Under the pieces are notes generated by a model. It was not told the DNA's origin, did no database searches, and saw only the letters and a program-made list of their open reading frames with translations. The position numbers and the translations under genes are program-made. This document shows positions 1-9,069 of a stretch of 64,000 nt of DNA, in pieces. Source of the stretch: Candidatus Sericytochromatia bacterium. GTDB taxonomy: Bacteria; Cyanobacteriota; Sericytochromatia; S15B-MN24; VGJW01. The stretch's first letter is position 1; each line of letters begins with the position of its first letter. The DNA lies in NCBI GenBank assembly GCA_035285865.1, contig JAYKHS010000017.1:32001-96000 (forward strand), read 5' to 3'.

Positions 1-68
1 CGGTCGATACTCTTCGCAGGGGCTCTCCGGAGTGCTCCTTTGCCCTGCCTCGAAAGGATGCACGTCTC

Positions 69-740
69 GTGCCCGATCGCTTCGTGACCTCCGCGTCGTC
101 GCGCCTGGCCGCCGTGCCGCAGCTGCCCGTCCGTCCGCGGCCTGCCGATGATCCGGGACCCGAGCTTCCGGCCATGCAGGGAGATGTGCTGTCCTTGGGG
201 GCCGCTGCCCACGCGCCGCAGGGCGAGCCCGGACCCGAAGCCGACCCGACCGATCCGTCGGCCCCGGCACCTGAGCCTGAGGCAACCGAGCCCGAGATCT
301 CCGAGCGGGCCAAGGCCCAGATGAAGAAACTGGTGGACGTCGCCCGTCGGGCCGTAGGCGGCCGTCGACCGGGCGGCTACTGCTATCGCGCCGTGCACCT
401 CTACCTGATGAGGGCGGGCTACGGGCATCTTCGACCGGACAGCATCCCGTGGACCCACACGCGCTATGCCCGACAGTTCGGCGATTATATGAACCAGGGC
501 GACAACGCCGCCCGCCTTGGCCTGCGCAAGCTGCCCATCGACAATCCCTATGACGCACCGCCCGGGGCGGTCGTGGTGGTGCGTCCCGGCACGCCGGGCA
601 CCCGCCATCCGAGGGCCGGCGACATCGCGGTTGCGGCCGGCAATGGCAAGTTCTACAACGACGGCAACATGAGTTACGGTGGTCCGGAAAACTTCCCGCC
701 CGGCAACCGTCACGTCGTCGGCATCTACGTCCCGCAGTAG
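69..740 (+). CDS. Papain-fold (NlpC/P60/CHAP-like) putative peptidoglycan amidase with Pro/Glu-rich N-terminus
   Basis: GYCYRAV catalytic-Cys-like motif, PPGAVVVV strand and GDIAV..GNG.FYND segment typical of NlpC/P60-like folds; AAGGA SD-like site upstream; no Sec signal peptide. Confidence 0.55.
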   Translation: MPDRFVTSASSRLAAVPQLPVRPRPADDPGPELPAMQGDVLSLGAAAHAPQGEPGPEADPTDPSAPAPEPEATEPEISERAKAQMKKLVDVARRAVGGRRPGGYCYRAVHLYLMRAGYGHLRPDSIPWTHTRYARQFGDYMNQGDNAARLGLRKLPIDNPYDAPPGAVVVVRPGTPGTRHPRAGDIAVAAGNGKFYNDGNMSYGGPENFPPGNRHVVGIYVPQ

Positions 741-743
741 GGA

Positions 744-3700
744 TCAGCGGACCGGCTGGCTGCCTTCCCGCAAGGCCACGCCCGCACTGCCCTGACCCAG
801 CACCCCCTGTGCCAGCAGGTCCTGCATGGCGGCGTCGATGGCCGCTTCCAGTTGTGGGCCCGTCCTGCTGAAGCCAAGCGCCCCACGGACTTCCCCAAGC
901 AGGCGGTCTCGGTTGAAGCCGTGCCCGTCGGCGAGGACCGCAAGAAGGGTGGCTGCGTATTCTTCTTGGGCGATGCGTTCCGCTTTCAGGGCCACGTCCG
1001 CCCGACGACGCGCCACGAGGCGTCCGTTCTCCCGGTGGATGAAGTCGCCACGGCGCATCAGGCCCCCCTCGCGAAGCATCATGGCCAAGGCTTGGTCCAG
1101 GCGTTGCCGGATACGGCTGCCCTGGCGGCGATTCCAGATGGCCAGCAGTCGGGCAACCAGTTCGTCGACGTGGATGGGTGCCTCGATTGCGGCGATCTGG
1201 CGCAGATGTCGGGCCAGAAGCTCAAGGGGGGCCTCGGGAAGATCCCCCGACGGAGCCGGCGTCAGTTCCGTGACGGCGACGTACGGTTGCAGCGTCGGCC
1301 GGCGGTAGGGGCGTTCCCATGCTTGCGGGGCAGAGGGCATCGGTGGCGTTTCCCGGGGGGAAACCAGGGCGCTTGAAGGCGGCGCCGGGGGGCTCTCCGC
1401 CGTGGGCGTCTCCGCAGCGGTGCTGGCTACCAGTTCCTTCAGTCGGGCGTCCAGCCGGGCCAGCTCTCCCGCGCGGTCCTTGAACCAGTCGGTGGACCAG
1501 ACCCGCAGGATGGTCCAGCCCCGGGCCTCGAGCAGTTGTTGACGCAGCCGATCCCTGTCCCGAGCCGTCGGCGCGCTGTGGTAGCTGGCGCCATCGCATT
1601 CGATGCCACACAGGAAGCGTCCCGGGCGGGTCGGGTCCATGACGGCCAGATCGATTCGGAAGCCCGCGACGCCTACTTGGGAGACGACCTCGTGGCCCAT
1701 GCGGGCAATCTCTCCCCGCACACCGGCCTCGAAGGGGTTCTCGGGGAGAGCGTCGGCATGTCCGCCCGGAAGATCGAGATGGCCGGTCTGTGCGAAGTGC
1801 AGGAAGGTCCGCAGCAGGCGGGGGCCATCGGACTGGGAGGGGCCAAGGCGCAGATCCTCGGCCAAGATCGAGGAGTAGACCGCCATGCGCTTGCGGGCAC
1901 GCGAAGCAAGGACGTTGAGCCTCCGCCAGCCTTGGTCCTGGTTGAGCGGTCCGAAGAGCTGATGGATGCGACCTTGGCTGTTGCGGCCGTAGGAGACCGA
2001 GATGAGGATGACGTCGCGTTCGTCTCCCTGGATGGTTTCGAGGTGCTTGACGAAGAAGGGCTCGGGCCGGTCGCGGGCGAAGAGCGGCTCGAGGTCAGGA
2101 TCCTGGCGGCGGAGACGATCGAGCTCGTCCATGATCAGCTGTTGTTGCGCCTGATTGAACGTCCCGACGCCCAGCGAGAGATCGGGATGCTTCCTGAAGT
2201 GGGCGATGACGGCCTCGGCCACGGCTCGGGCTTCGCGGGGGTTGCGGCCCTGGCCCTCGTAGATCCCGTCCGCCACGTGGTGGAAGGCCAGGCCGAGTGT
2301 CTCTGATCGGGGCAGGGGGGAGGGCGGCGTCAGCAATTCGCCGTCGTAGCACCGAACGTTGGAATACTGGATCAGCGAGGGGTGCTGGCTGCGGTAATGC
2401 CACTTCAGGCGGCAGAAGGGGATGCCTGCCGACATGAACTCCTCGAGGACGCTTTCCGTCGTTTCCAGCAGCGGTTCCCCGTCTTCGTCGCGCGGCACCT
2501 CCTCGTCGAGCGCGATTTGGAAGAAGTTGGTAGGCGGCAACTGCCTGGGATCGCCGACCACCACCAGTTGGCGTCCCCGGGCAATGGCGCCGATGGCATC
2601 CTGTGTCGGCAGCTGCGAGGCTTCATCGAAGACCACCAGATCGAAGGGCTCGATGTCCGGGGGCAGGAACTGGGCCACGGTCAAGGGGCTCATCAGCAGG
2701 CAGGGCTTGATGGTCCGGATGGCCCTGCCTGCCTTGCGCATGGTTTCCCGCAGCGGACGATGCGCGCGCAGGCGGTTGACCTCGCGGCGCAGGATCTGCA
2801 GTTCGGCCTGCAGGTCAGGCTGGCGGAAGGCTTCCTGCAGGCGATGGCGATGGGTGGCCACCAGATCGAGGCGGTTGTCCTCGAGCACCTGCCGATCCAG
2901 CTTCTGGAAGGTGGCAATGTCCTGCTCATGGACGGGGCCGTTGAAGCTCGCAAGCACCGGGTTGTCGGCGACCAGGGCATCGAGTCGTTCCACGGCCGCG
3001 GCCCGGCGGAAGGCCTCGGCGGCCTGATTCGGCGCCACGCGCCCTGCATCCACGGCGGGCAGGATGCGCCGACCTTCCGTCGCCAGCACCTGCTGGCGGG
3101 CGCTTTCCCAGGCCGTCCACCTCGGGCCGTCGGCAAGGCGCGCCTGCAGCGCCTCCACACGGCGACCCGCCTCGGCGATATCACCCGTGGCCAGGGTGCC
3201 TTCCGGCCAAGCCACGGCTTCCTCCATATCCTTCATGGCCTTGCGCAGGGCCTCGATGCGGGGCCCCAGTCCGCGCAGATCCGCCACCTCCGGATGACGT
3301 TGTTCCGCGACCCGGGCGAGGGGCTCCCGGGACAGCTGGTGTCGGACGCACAAGGCCCGGAAGGCCACCATCCAGTCCATCGCCTGCCCGAGGGCAGCGG
3401 CATCCGTCGCAGGGCCCTGCCACAATGCCCCGAAGACCTGGCGTCCGTCGGGGTCCTGGGCCTCGACCGCTGCCAGAGCCTCTCGCCAAGCCACGAGGTC
3501 GGTGAGCCGTTCCTCGAGTCGGTGGGTCGCCAGCTTGGTGCCCCCGTCGCCCCACTGGCGGCGCAGGCGGTGTACCCGTCCGTCGAACAGCGCGCCAAGG
3601 CCCCAGAGCCGCAGTCGTGCCTCGCGTACGTGGGCCAGATCCCGGAAGAGTCGGTCGTGCGATGGATTGGTGCACTGTTCCCATCGGCCTTCTGCCCAGT

Positions 3701-5468
3701 TGGCGACGGGCTTGCGTCGCGCCTCCAGCTTCCTGAGTGCCTCGAGTGCCGACGTGGCGGCAGGCGGCGGGGCCTGCCACGCGTCTTCCAGCATCGGCAG
3801 CCCGGGAGCCCTCGCCAGCATTTCCCCGAGGCCTGCCGCCATGGCGAGGTCAGCCAGGGTGCGCAGGGGCGGCAGGCCATAGGCGGCTGCCACGGCTGTG
3901 GCGGCCGTCCCGGCATCGGCCAGGGCCTCGCGCAGGCGTGATGCGGCCTCGTCAATGCGCGCTGTCCGGTCCTCCGTCAGCAGCGTCAGGCGACTGCCGC
4001 GCCAAGGGTGCTCGGCCGGGGCACCCAACTGGATGCCTGTCTGCCCGAGGGCTTCGAGGGCTCGCTGGGCTTCGCGCCACGAGGCTTCGTCCCAGTGCGT
4101 CGGGGCACCCTCGAGGGTCGTGCGTGGTGCCTGGCGCACGGGCTCCAGACGGTCCATCCACATCCGCGCCGATAACCCGTCTTCCGGCGCAATCTGATGC
4201 AAGGCGTCGAGATAGGCCGCGAGGCGCTGCCGGCTGTCCTTCAGTACGGGGCCGGAGCCGGTGCGCGCCGGGACCTGGGCCAGCGAGCGGTCGAGTGCCT
4301 CGCCGATGCTGGCCAGCACCGCACGGCGGGTCGCCTTGGCCGCGTGCAGTTCGAGGCAGCACTCTCCCAGGCCGGCGGCAGCCAACTTGGCGTGGACGAC
4401 GTCGAGGGCGGCCTTCTTTTCGGCCACGAACAGGACGCGACCGCCGCGCGCGAGCACGGAGGCGATCAGGTTGGTGATGGTTTGGGACTTGCCCGTGCCC
4501 GGAGGGCCTTCGAGCACCAGATCGTGTCCCCGGGCCACGGCGGCCACGGCGCGCAGTTGGCTGCCGTCCGCATCGACGATCTGGGCCGTGGCCTCGGGTG
4601 CGTGGTCCCGATCGAGTTCGAGGTCGCGAACGCTGGCCGGCAGGCCGACCATCTCGTCGACCTTGCGCTGGAACAGCCGGCTCGCCAAGGGGTGGGTGGC
4701 GAGGCCCGGGGCCAGCAGTTCGAGGTCCCGATACATCACGTACTTGGCAAACAGCAGCGTCGTCAGGACCACGCGGGACTCGAGCGCGCCCTTGTCCATC
4801 CTGCCCAGCACCTCCGCCGCTTGCGCGAACCAGCCGGCCAGCGGGTCGGGGGCACCCTCCTCCTCGGGTTCGAGGTCATCTGGCAGCGGCGGCAGCTCGA
4901 TGCGATGGTGGTGCCTGAGGGCTTCGGCAAGGGTGGGATTGACCAGCGGGTCTTCCTGACTGGCCTCGAGGCGGTAGGTGGCGCCGACGGCGCGGCGCGT
5001 CAGCACGACGGGCAGAAGCAGCAGCGGGGCCTGGAGGGGCGTGCCCGGTTGGCGCGGATCGACCCAGCGGACCATGCCGAGGCACAGGAACAGGATGCCC
5101 AGCCCCTGGTCTTCCCTTGCCCTGGCGGCCGTGTCGTCCAGTTTGCGCAGGGCGCTGTCCATGGCGTGGCGCGTCAGCGCCACGGCGAGCGTCGCTTCTC
5201 GGGGCGCCGAGCCCTCCGGGGCGAGCAGCGTGTCGGGTGCGTCCGTCCCGGTTTCGCGGGTCGCCCGGAAGCCAAAGGCCTGCTCATCAAGTACCAGGTG
5301 GCGGAAGGCCGACAGGGGCTCGATGCCGTCGCAGGCCAGTGCGCCCGGGCTTCCGGTCTTGAGGTTCAGGGCGCGATTGCGCAGCGACAGGTCCAACAGC
5401 CGGCGTTTCCAGGCCTCGACCGAGGCTTCGGCGCGTGCGGCAATCTCTGGAGTGGAAGAAGCGGCCAT
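744..5468 (-). CDS. DUF4011 - SF1 (Upf1/Dna2-like) helicase - Vsr/MTES_1575-like nuclease - DUF3320 protein (Hhe-like)
   Basis: WKRRLLDLSLRNRAL N-terminus, GPPGTGKS, DEASQ, GDPRQLPP, HYRS, QGDERD, RRLNVLASRAR, then RIDLAV..GIECDGASYH..RDRDRLRQ..LEARGW; ATG at 5468 preferred over TTG at 5492. Confidence 0.9.
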   Translation of the reverse strand: MAASSTPEIAARAEASVEAWKRRLLDLSLRNRALNLKTGSPGALACDGIEPLSAFRHLVLDEQAFGFRATRETGTDAPDTLLAPEGSAPREATLAVALTRHAMDSALRKLDDTAARAREDQGLGILFLCLGMVRWVDPRQPGTPLQAPLLLLPVVLTRRAVGATYRLEASQEDPLVNPTLAEALRHHHRIELPPLPDDLEPEEEGAPDPLAGWFAQAAEVLGRMDKGALESRVVLTTLLFAKYVMYRDLELLAPGLATHPLASRLFQRKVDEMVGLPASVRDLELDRDHAPEATAQIVDADGSQLRAVAAVARGHDLVLEGPPGTGKSQTITNLIASVLARGGRVLFVAEKKAALDVVHAKLAAAGLGECCLELHAAKATRRAVLASIGEALDRSLAQVPARTGSGPVLKDSRQRLAAYLDALHQIAPEDGLSARMWMDRLEPVRQAPRTTLEGAPTHWDEASWREAQRALEALGQTGIQLGAPAEHPWRGSRLTLLTEDRTARIDEAASRLREALADAGTAATAVAAAYGLPPLRTLADLAMAAGLGEMLARAPGLPMLEDAWQAPPPAATSALEALRKLEARRKPVANWAEGRWEQCTNPSHDRLFRDLAHVREARLRLWGLGALFDGRVHRLRRQWGDGGTKLATHRLEERLTDLVAWREALAAVEAQDPDGRQVFGALWQGPATDAAALGQAMDWMVAFRALCVRHQLSREPLARVAEQRHPEVADLRGLGPRIEALRKAMKDMEEAVAWPEGTLATGDIAEAGRRVEALQARLADGPRWTAWESARQQVLATEGRRILPAVDAGRVAPNQAAEAFRRAAAVERLDALVADNPVLASFNGPVHEQDIATFQKLDRQVLEDNRLDLVATHRHRLQEAFRQPDLQAELQILRREVNRLRAHRPLRETMRKAGRAIRTIKPCLLMSPLTVAQFLPPDIEPFDLVVFDEASQLPTQDAIGAIARGRQLVVVGDPRQLPPTNFFQIALDEEVPRDEDGEPLLETTESVLEEFMSAGIPFCRLKWHYRSQHPSLIQYSNVRCYDGELLTPPSPLPRSETLGLAFHHVADGIYEGQGRNPREARAVAEAVIAHFRKHPDLSLGVGTFNQAQQQLIMDELDRLRRQDPDLEPLFARDRPEPFFVKHLETIQGDERDVILISVSYGRNSQGRIHQLFGPLNQDQGWRRLNVLASRARKRMAVYSSILAEDLRLGPSQSDGPRLLRTFLHFAQTGHLDLPGGHADALPENPFEAGVRGEIARMGHEVVSQVGVAGFRIDLAVMDPTRPGRFLCGIECDGASYHSAPTARDRDRLRQQLLEARGWTILRVWSTDWFKDRAGELARLDARLKELVASTAAETPTAESPPAPPSSALVSPRETPPMPSAPQAWERPYRRPTLQPYVAVTELTPAPSGDLPEAPLELLARHLRQIAAIEAPIHVDELVARLLAIWNRRQGSRIRQRLDQALAMMLREGGLMRRGDFIHRENGRLVARRRADVALKAERIAQEEYAATLLAVLADGHGFNRDRLLGEVRGALGFSRTGPQLEAAIDAAMQDLLAQGVLGQGSAGVALREGSQPVR

Positions 5469-5497
5469 GGTGCTGTCCCCAACGTACCCCAAGCAGC

Positions 5498-5532
5498 ACC
5501 GAGGGTCGGCACTCTTGGTGCCGACCCTCGGT
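5498..5532 (-). terminator. Perfect 15-bp hairpin, probable terminator of the 7814-5542 operon
   Basis: ACCGAGGGTCGGCAC-TCTTG-GTGCCGACCCTCGGT, about 10 nt past the stop at 5542; weak U-tract. Confidence 0.7.
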
Positions 5533-5541
5533 ATGTTGCCG

Positions 5542-7011
5542 CTAGAACGTCAGGCCGGCACCGCCTCGAATGTTCCAGATCGTCTGGGGGCCGGAGCCGA
5601 ACGCATAGGTCCGGGCTCCCGTCTCGACGAAGGAGTCCACTCCCATCAACTTCAGCTGCAGGCCCACCAGACCCCGGGCCGACTGGCCGAGGAAGCCGCT
5701 GGCCGCTTCCGTCGTCGCGCTGTTCCCGACGGTGGCCTCCGTCGTCGTGACCGTTCCGTCCGCGGCCGTGTTGACGGTACGTCGGGTGCCACTCTCGACC
5801 GTCTTCCGACGGCTGTTACCCTGTCCGCCCAGTGCGGGTGCCCAGCCGACCTGCCCATAGAGCGTGGCCAAGCTGCCCAGCATGATGTGGCCTTCGGCGC
5901 CCAGCAGCGGTCCGAACATCACCTCGGTGTTTTCGACCGTGACGCTGCTGGTGGCGTTGAGTCCGTTGACGATAGAGCCCTGGGCGGTACCGTCGGCCGT
6001 CGTCGTAAGGGTCGTGGTCTCGGCCAGTTCGGCATGCTTGCCGGTCTTGTCGACCGTCTGCTGGACAAAGGCATCCGAGCGCATCGACATCGGCATCGTG
6101 AGGCCACCCGTCAGGCTGAGTTGCGCTCCCTCGCGCCGCAGGACGGCAAGGCTGGTGCCCGCCGTCAGGTCGTTGACGAGCACCGAGGATGAGCGCCGAT
6201 AGGCGATGCCGCCGCTGGACGCGAAATTGCTCGTCGTGCCGGCATTGTCCTCGGCACCGTCGCGCACCGCGAAGGCGCCACCCTGAGCGAGGTTGCCGAG
6301 GCCCGAGAACGTCGTCGTGGTCGGGGCCGGGCCGACGGCAGGCTGCGGGTCGGCCACGGGCGCGGGCAGCGTGAGTTGGACCGAGGCACCGGGCACGCCG
6401 CCGATCAGCGAGGAGACGTCCAGGCGATCGCCCACCACGGTGGTGGTGGTGACACCGGCATCCGTTGCCGTCGATCCCGAGCTATCCTTGTCCGTCCGAC
6501 TCAGCTTGCCGAGGGCCGTCGTGGCGTTCCCTGCCGCGAGCCACGCACCGTCCACGCGGAGGCTGCTGCCCCAGCCATCGGCGCTGTGCCAGCGCAGGCC
6601 GAGGCCATAACTGGCGCCAATGCCGCCGCCCAGCGTCGTGCTGGTGACGTCCGACGCGGACGTTGTCTTGGTCTTGGTGTTGGCGGCATCGGCAGTGTCT
6701 GCCACAGTCGTCTCGCTGTTCTTCGACCGGACCGTGAAGGTGCCCGCCTGTCCATGCAGGCCGCCGAGGCCCAGTTCGAGATCGAACGAGAGGCCGGTCT
6801 GTCCCCTCGCCTCGGCCACCTGCCCGGGTACGCCGGCCGACGTCGCGGCCGGTGGCCGCTTCGCGGGGGCTGGCGTGCTCAACGAGGCAGGTCCAGCGAG
6901 GGAAGCCGGACCCCCGCTGCGCTTGACCTGGGCCCGGGCCTCGGTTGCGAGGCCGGTCACGCCCACGGTCACGGCCAGCATGGCCGCTCCATGAAGATTC
7001 AGCCGTCGCAT
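5542..7011 (-). CDS. Putative outer-membrane beta-barrel protein with long Thr-rich loops
   Basis: Signal peptide (MRRLNLHGAAMLAV...ARA), alternating amphipathic strands, C-terminal GGAGLTF beta-signal; ATG overlaps upstream TGA (TGATG). Confidence 0.7.
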   Translation of the reverse strand: MRRLNLHGAAMLAVTVGVTGLATEARAQVKRSGGPASLAGPASLSTPAPAKRPPAATSAGVPGQVAEARGQTGLSFDLELGLGGLHGQAGTFTVRSKNSETTVADTADAANTKTKTTSASDVTSTTLGGGIGASYGLGLRWHSADGWGSSLRVDGAWLAAGNATTALGKLSRTDKDSSGSTATDAGVTTTTVVGDRLDVSSLIGGVPGASVQLTLPAPVADPQPAVGPAPTTTTFSGLGNLAQGGAFAVRDGAEDNAGTTSNFASSGGIAYRRSSSVLVNDLTAGTSLAVLRREGAQLSLTGGLTMPMSMRSDAFVQQTVDKTGKHAELAETTTLTTTADGTAQGSIVNGLNATSSVTVENTEVMFGPLLGAEGHIMLGSLATLYGQVGWAPALGGQGNSRRKTVESGTRRTVNTAADGTVTTTEATVGNSATTEAASGFLGQSARGLVGLQLKLMGVDSFVETGARTYAFGSGPQTIWNIRGGAGLTF

Positions 7012-7814
7012 CAGTCGTCTCCTCCCAGCATGTCGCCGATCATCCCGAGTGCCGAACCCCCGCCGCTGCTGCCGCCCGGTCGAATGCCCGCGGCCGAGAC
7101 CACGGCGCTCGCCATGCGGGAGAAGGGCATCGACTGCAGCCACACCCGGCCGGGGCCGACGAGCGTGGACTGGAAGAGGCCCTCGCCGCTGAAGAACATC
7201 GACTTCAGGCCGCGGACGAGCTCGATGTCGAAGTCCACCGACGTCTCGAAGGCCACGACGCAGCCGGTGTCGACGCGAAGGCGCTCACCATCGCGCAGGT
7301 TCCGCTGGATCAGCGAGCCGCCGGCAGAGAGGAACACCAGGCCGTCACCTTCGAGCTTCTGCATGATGAAGCCCTCGCCTCCGAAGAACCCGGCGCCCAG
7401 CTTGCGCTGCAGGTGCAGGCCGATGCTGACGCCCTTGGCGCCGCAGAGAAAGGCTTCTTTCTGGGCGATCAGGGTGCCTCCGACCGTGTCCAGTGACACG
7501 GGGACGATCTCGCCGGGCTGATGGGCCGAGAAGGCGACCCGACGCTTGCCCGAACCTTGGTTCTGGAAGACCGTGACGAAGAGCGACTCGCCCGTCAGCA
7601 GCCGCTTGCCCGCGCCCAGCAGCGAGCCCAGGAATCCGCCGCTCTTCTGGGACCCGTCCCCGAAGAGTGTCTCCATGACGATGCCGTCCTCTGCCCACAG
7701 CATCGCGCCGGCCTCCGACACGGCTGCCTCGCCCGGATCCAACTCGACTTCGACATAGTGGACGGTTTCACCCTTGATTTCGAAGTCCACCTCGTGCATC
7801 TGAGGCATCGTCAT
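7011..7814 (-). CDS. TIGR00266 / AIM24 family protein
   Basis: EAGAM, GKRLLTGESLF, GFFGGEGF, VDTGCVVAF, GEGLF, GPGRVWLQSMPF motifs; GAAGGAGG SD. Confidence 0.92.
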   Translation of the reverse strand: MTMPQMHEVDFEIKGETVHYVEVELDPGEAAVSEAGAMLWAEDGIVMETLFGDGSQKSGGFLGSLLGAGKRLLTGESLFVTVFQNQGSGKRRVAFSAHQPGEIVPVSLDTVGGTLIAQKEAFLCGAKGVSIGLHLQRKLGAGFFGGEGFIMQKLEGDGLVFLSAGGSLIQRNLRDGERLRVDTGCVVAFETSVDFDIELVRGLKSMFFSGEGLFQSTLVGPGRVWLQSMPFSRMASAVVSAAGIRPGGSSGGGSALGMIGDMLGGDD

Positions 7815-7873
7815 CCCTCCTTCGGGGTCATGCTAGGGTTCATTGTGCCTGATCCGGGCGAGAAGGGGGTTGC

Positions 7874-8506
7874 GTGAAGGTCTGCGTGTTCGGGGCCACG
7901 GGTCCCACGGGTCGGCATCTGGTGCGTCTCGCGCTGGAGGCGGGGCATGACGTGGTCGCCGCCTGCCGGAGGCCCGAAATGCTGGAGATGGCCCACGAGC
8001 GCCTCGAGAAGCGTCGGGCCGACGTCTTCGAGGCGGCATCGGTGGCAGACGCCCTGGCGGGATGCGATGCCGTCCTTTCGGCGCTGGGCATGCGCTCGGG
8101 CGAACGGGATCGACCTGTCTACTCCGAGGGCATGGGCCATATCCTCGCCGCGATGGCCGCGCAAGGCGTGCCGCGCCTGCTGGCCGTGACGGCCGCAGGC
8201 CTCGAACCCTCGCCCGACTACAAGCTGCCATGGATCTTCCGGGCCATCATCGAGCCGCTCTTCCTGAAACCCGTATTCGCCGACATGCGTCGGATGGAAG
8301 CCTTGGTCCGTGAGGCAAACATCGATTGGACGCTGGTGCGGCCGCCCGGCCTGGTAGCGGGTCGCCCCCGGGGGCGGTGGCAGGCGCGCGCCGGCGTCGG
8401 GGTGCCGGGATCGGCGCAGATCGATCGTGCGGACCTGGCGGCCTTCATGGTGCATGAACTGAGCGAGGGTGCCTGGGTGCGGCAGGGCGTGGCTGTTGCC
8501 TGGTAG
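7874..8506 (+). CDS. NAD(P)H-binding flavin reductase-like (atypical SDR) protein
   Basis: FGATGPTG Rossmann motif, DWTLVRPPGL, IDRADLAAF. Confidence 0.9.
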   Translation: MKVCVFGATGPTGRHLVRLALEAGHDVVAACRRPEMLEMAHERLEKRRADVFEAASVADALAGCDAVLSALGMRSGERDRPVYSEGMGHILAAMAAQGVPRLLAVTAAGLEPSPDYKLPWIFRAIIEPLFLKPVFADMRRMEALVREANIDWTLVRPPGLVAGRPRGRWQARAGVGVPGSAQIDRADLAAFMVHELSEGAWVRQGVAVAW

Positions 8507-8529
8507 AACGAGAAGGCGTCAATTAGTCA

Positions 8530-8572
8530 CTGTCTAGTTGACAGCATTGGTGTTGCGTGAGAGGTTGGATGC
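8530..8572 (+). promoter_or_regulatory. Sigma70-type promoter of the merR gene, with an inverted repeat over the -35 (possible operator)
   Basis: TTGACA (8538-8543), 17-nt spacer, GAGGTT (8561-8566), 6 nt to ATG; CTGTC-N5-GACAG dyad at 8530-8544. Confidence 0.5.
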
Positions 8573-9010
8573 ATGGCATCGTCCGACCGGGTTTTCAAAC
8601 TGGCCCAACTGGCACAGGCGGCGGGGGTCTCCCCCCGGACCGTCCGCTACTACATCCAGCGGGGCCTTCTGCCCGCGCCCGGGTTCCGGGGGGCGGACAC
8701 GACCTATGGCGAGGAGCACCTCAGGCGTCTCGGGGTCATTCGTCGTCTGCAGGATCTCTTCTGGCCACTCGACGCCATCGGTCGTGCTCTCGAGGCCCCC
8801 GATCCGCGCTGGCTGGACGAGGTGCTGGCTGGCGGGGAGCCCGGTCCTCCAATTTCCGTGGATGTGCCGGACAAGCCTGTGGTGCCCGACAACGGCGAGG
8901 CCTGGTGGCGTCTGGTGCTGGCACCCGGTGTCGAGTTGCACGTGACGGCGGATGCGCGTGAGCGTCACGCCTCATGGCTGGCCAGGGTCGTGGCCTTGGG
9001 GCCGCCGTGA
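8573..9010 (+). CDS. MerR-family HTH transcriptional regulator
   Basis: LAQLAQAAGVSPRTVRYYIQRGLLPAP..Y...HL.RL..IRRLQ; C-terminal WWRLVLAPGVELHV. Confidence 0.9.
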   Translation: MASSDRVFKLAQLAQAAGVSPRTVRYYIQRGLLPAPGFRGADTTYGEEHLRRLGVIRRLQDLFWPLDAIGRALEAPDPRWLDEVLAGGEPGPPISVDVPDKPVVPDNGEAWWRLVLAPGVELHVTADARERHASWLARVVALGPP

Positions 9011-9069
9011 GCAGGTTCGGGGCAGGGTGAAGAGGCGACGTGCCGGCCGGGAGCCAAGGGAGGTAACGG

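Noticed and set aside
2382..5750. Long plus-strand ORFs (519 and 517 aa) opposite the helicase
   Set aside because: Antisense shadows of a motif-rich gene, common in high-GC DNA; no recognisable domains
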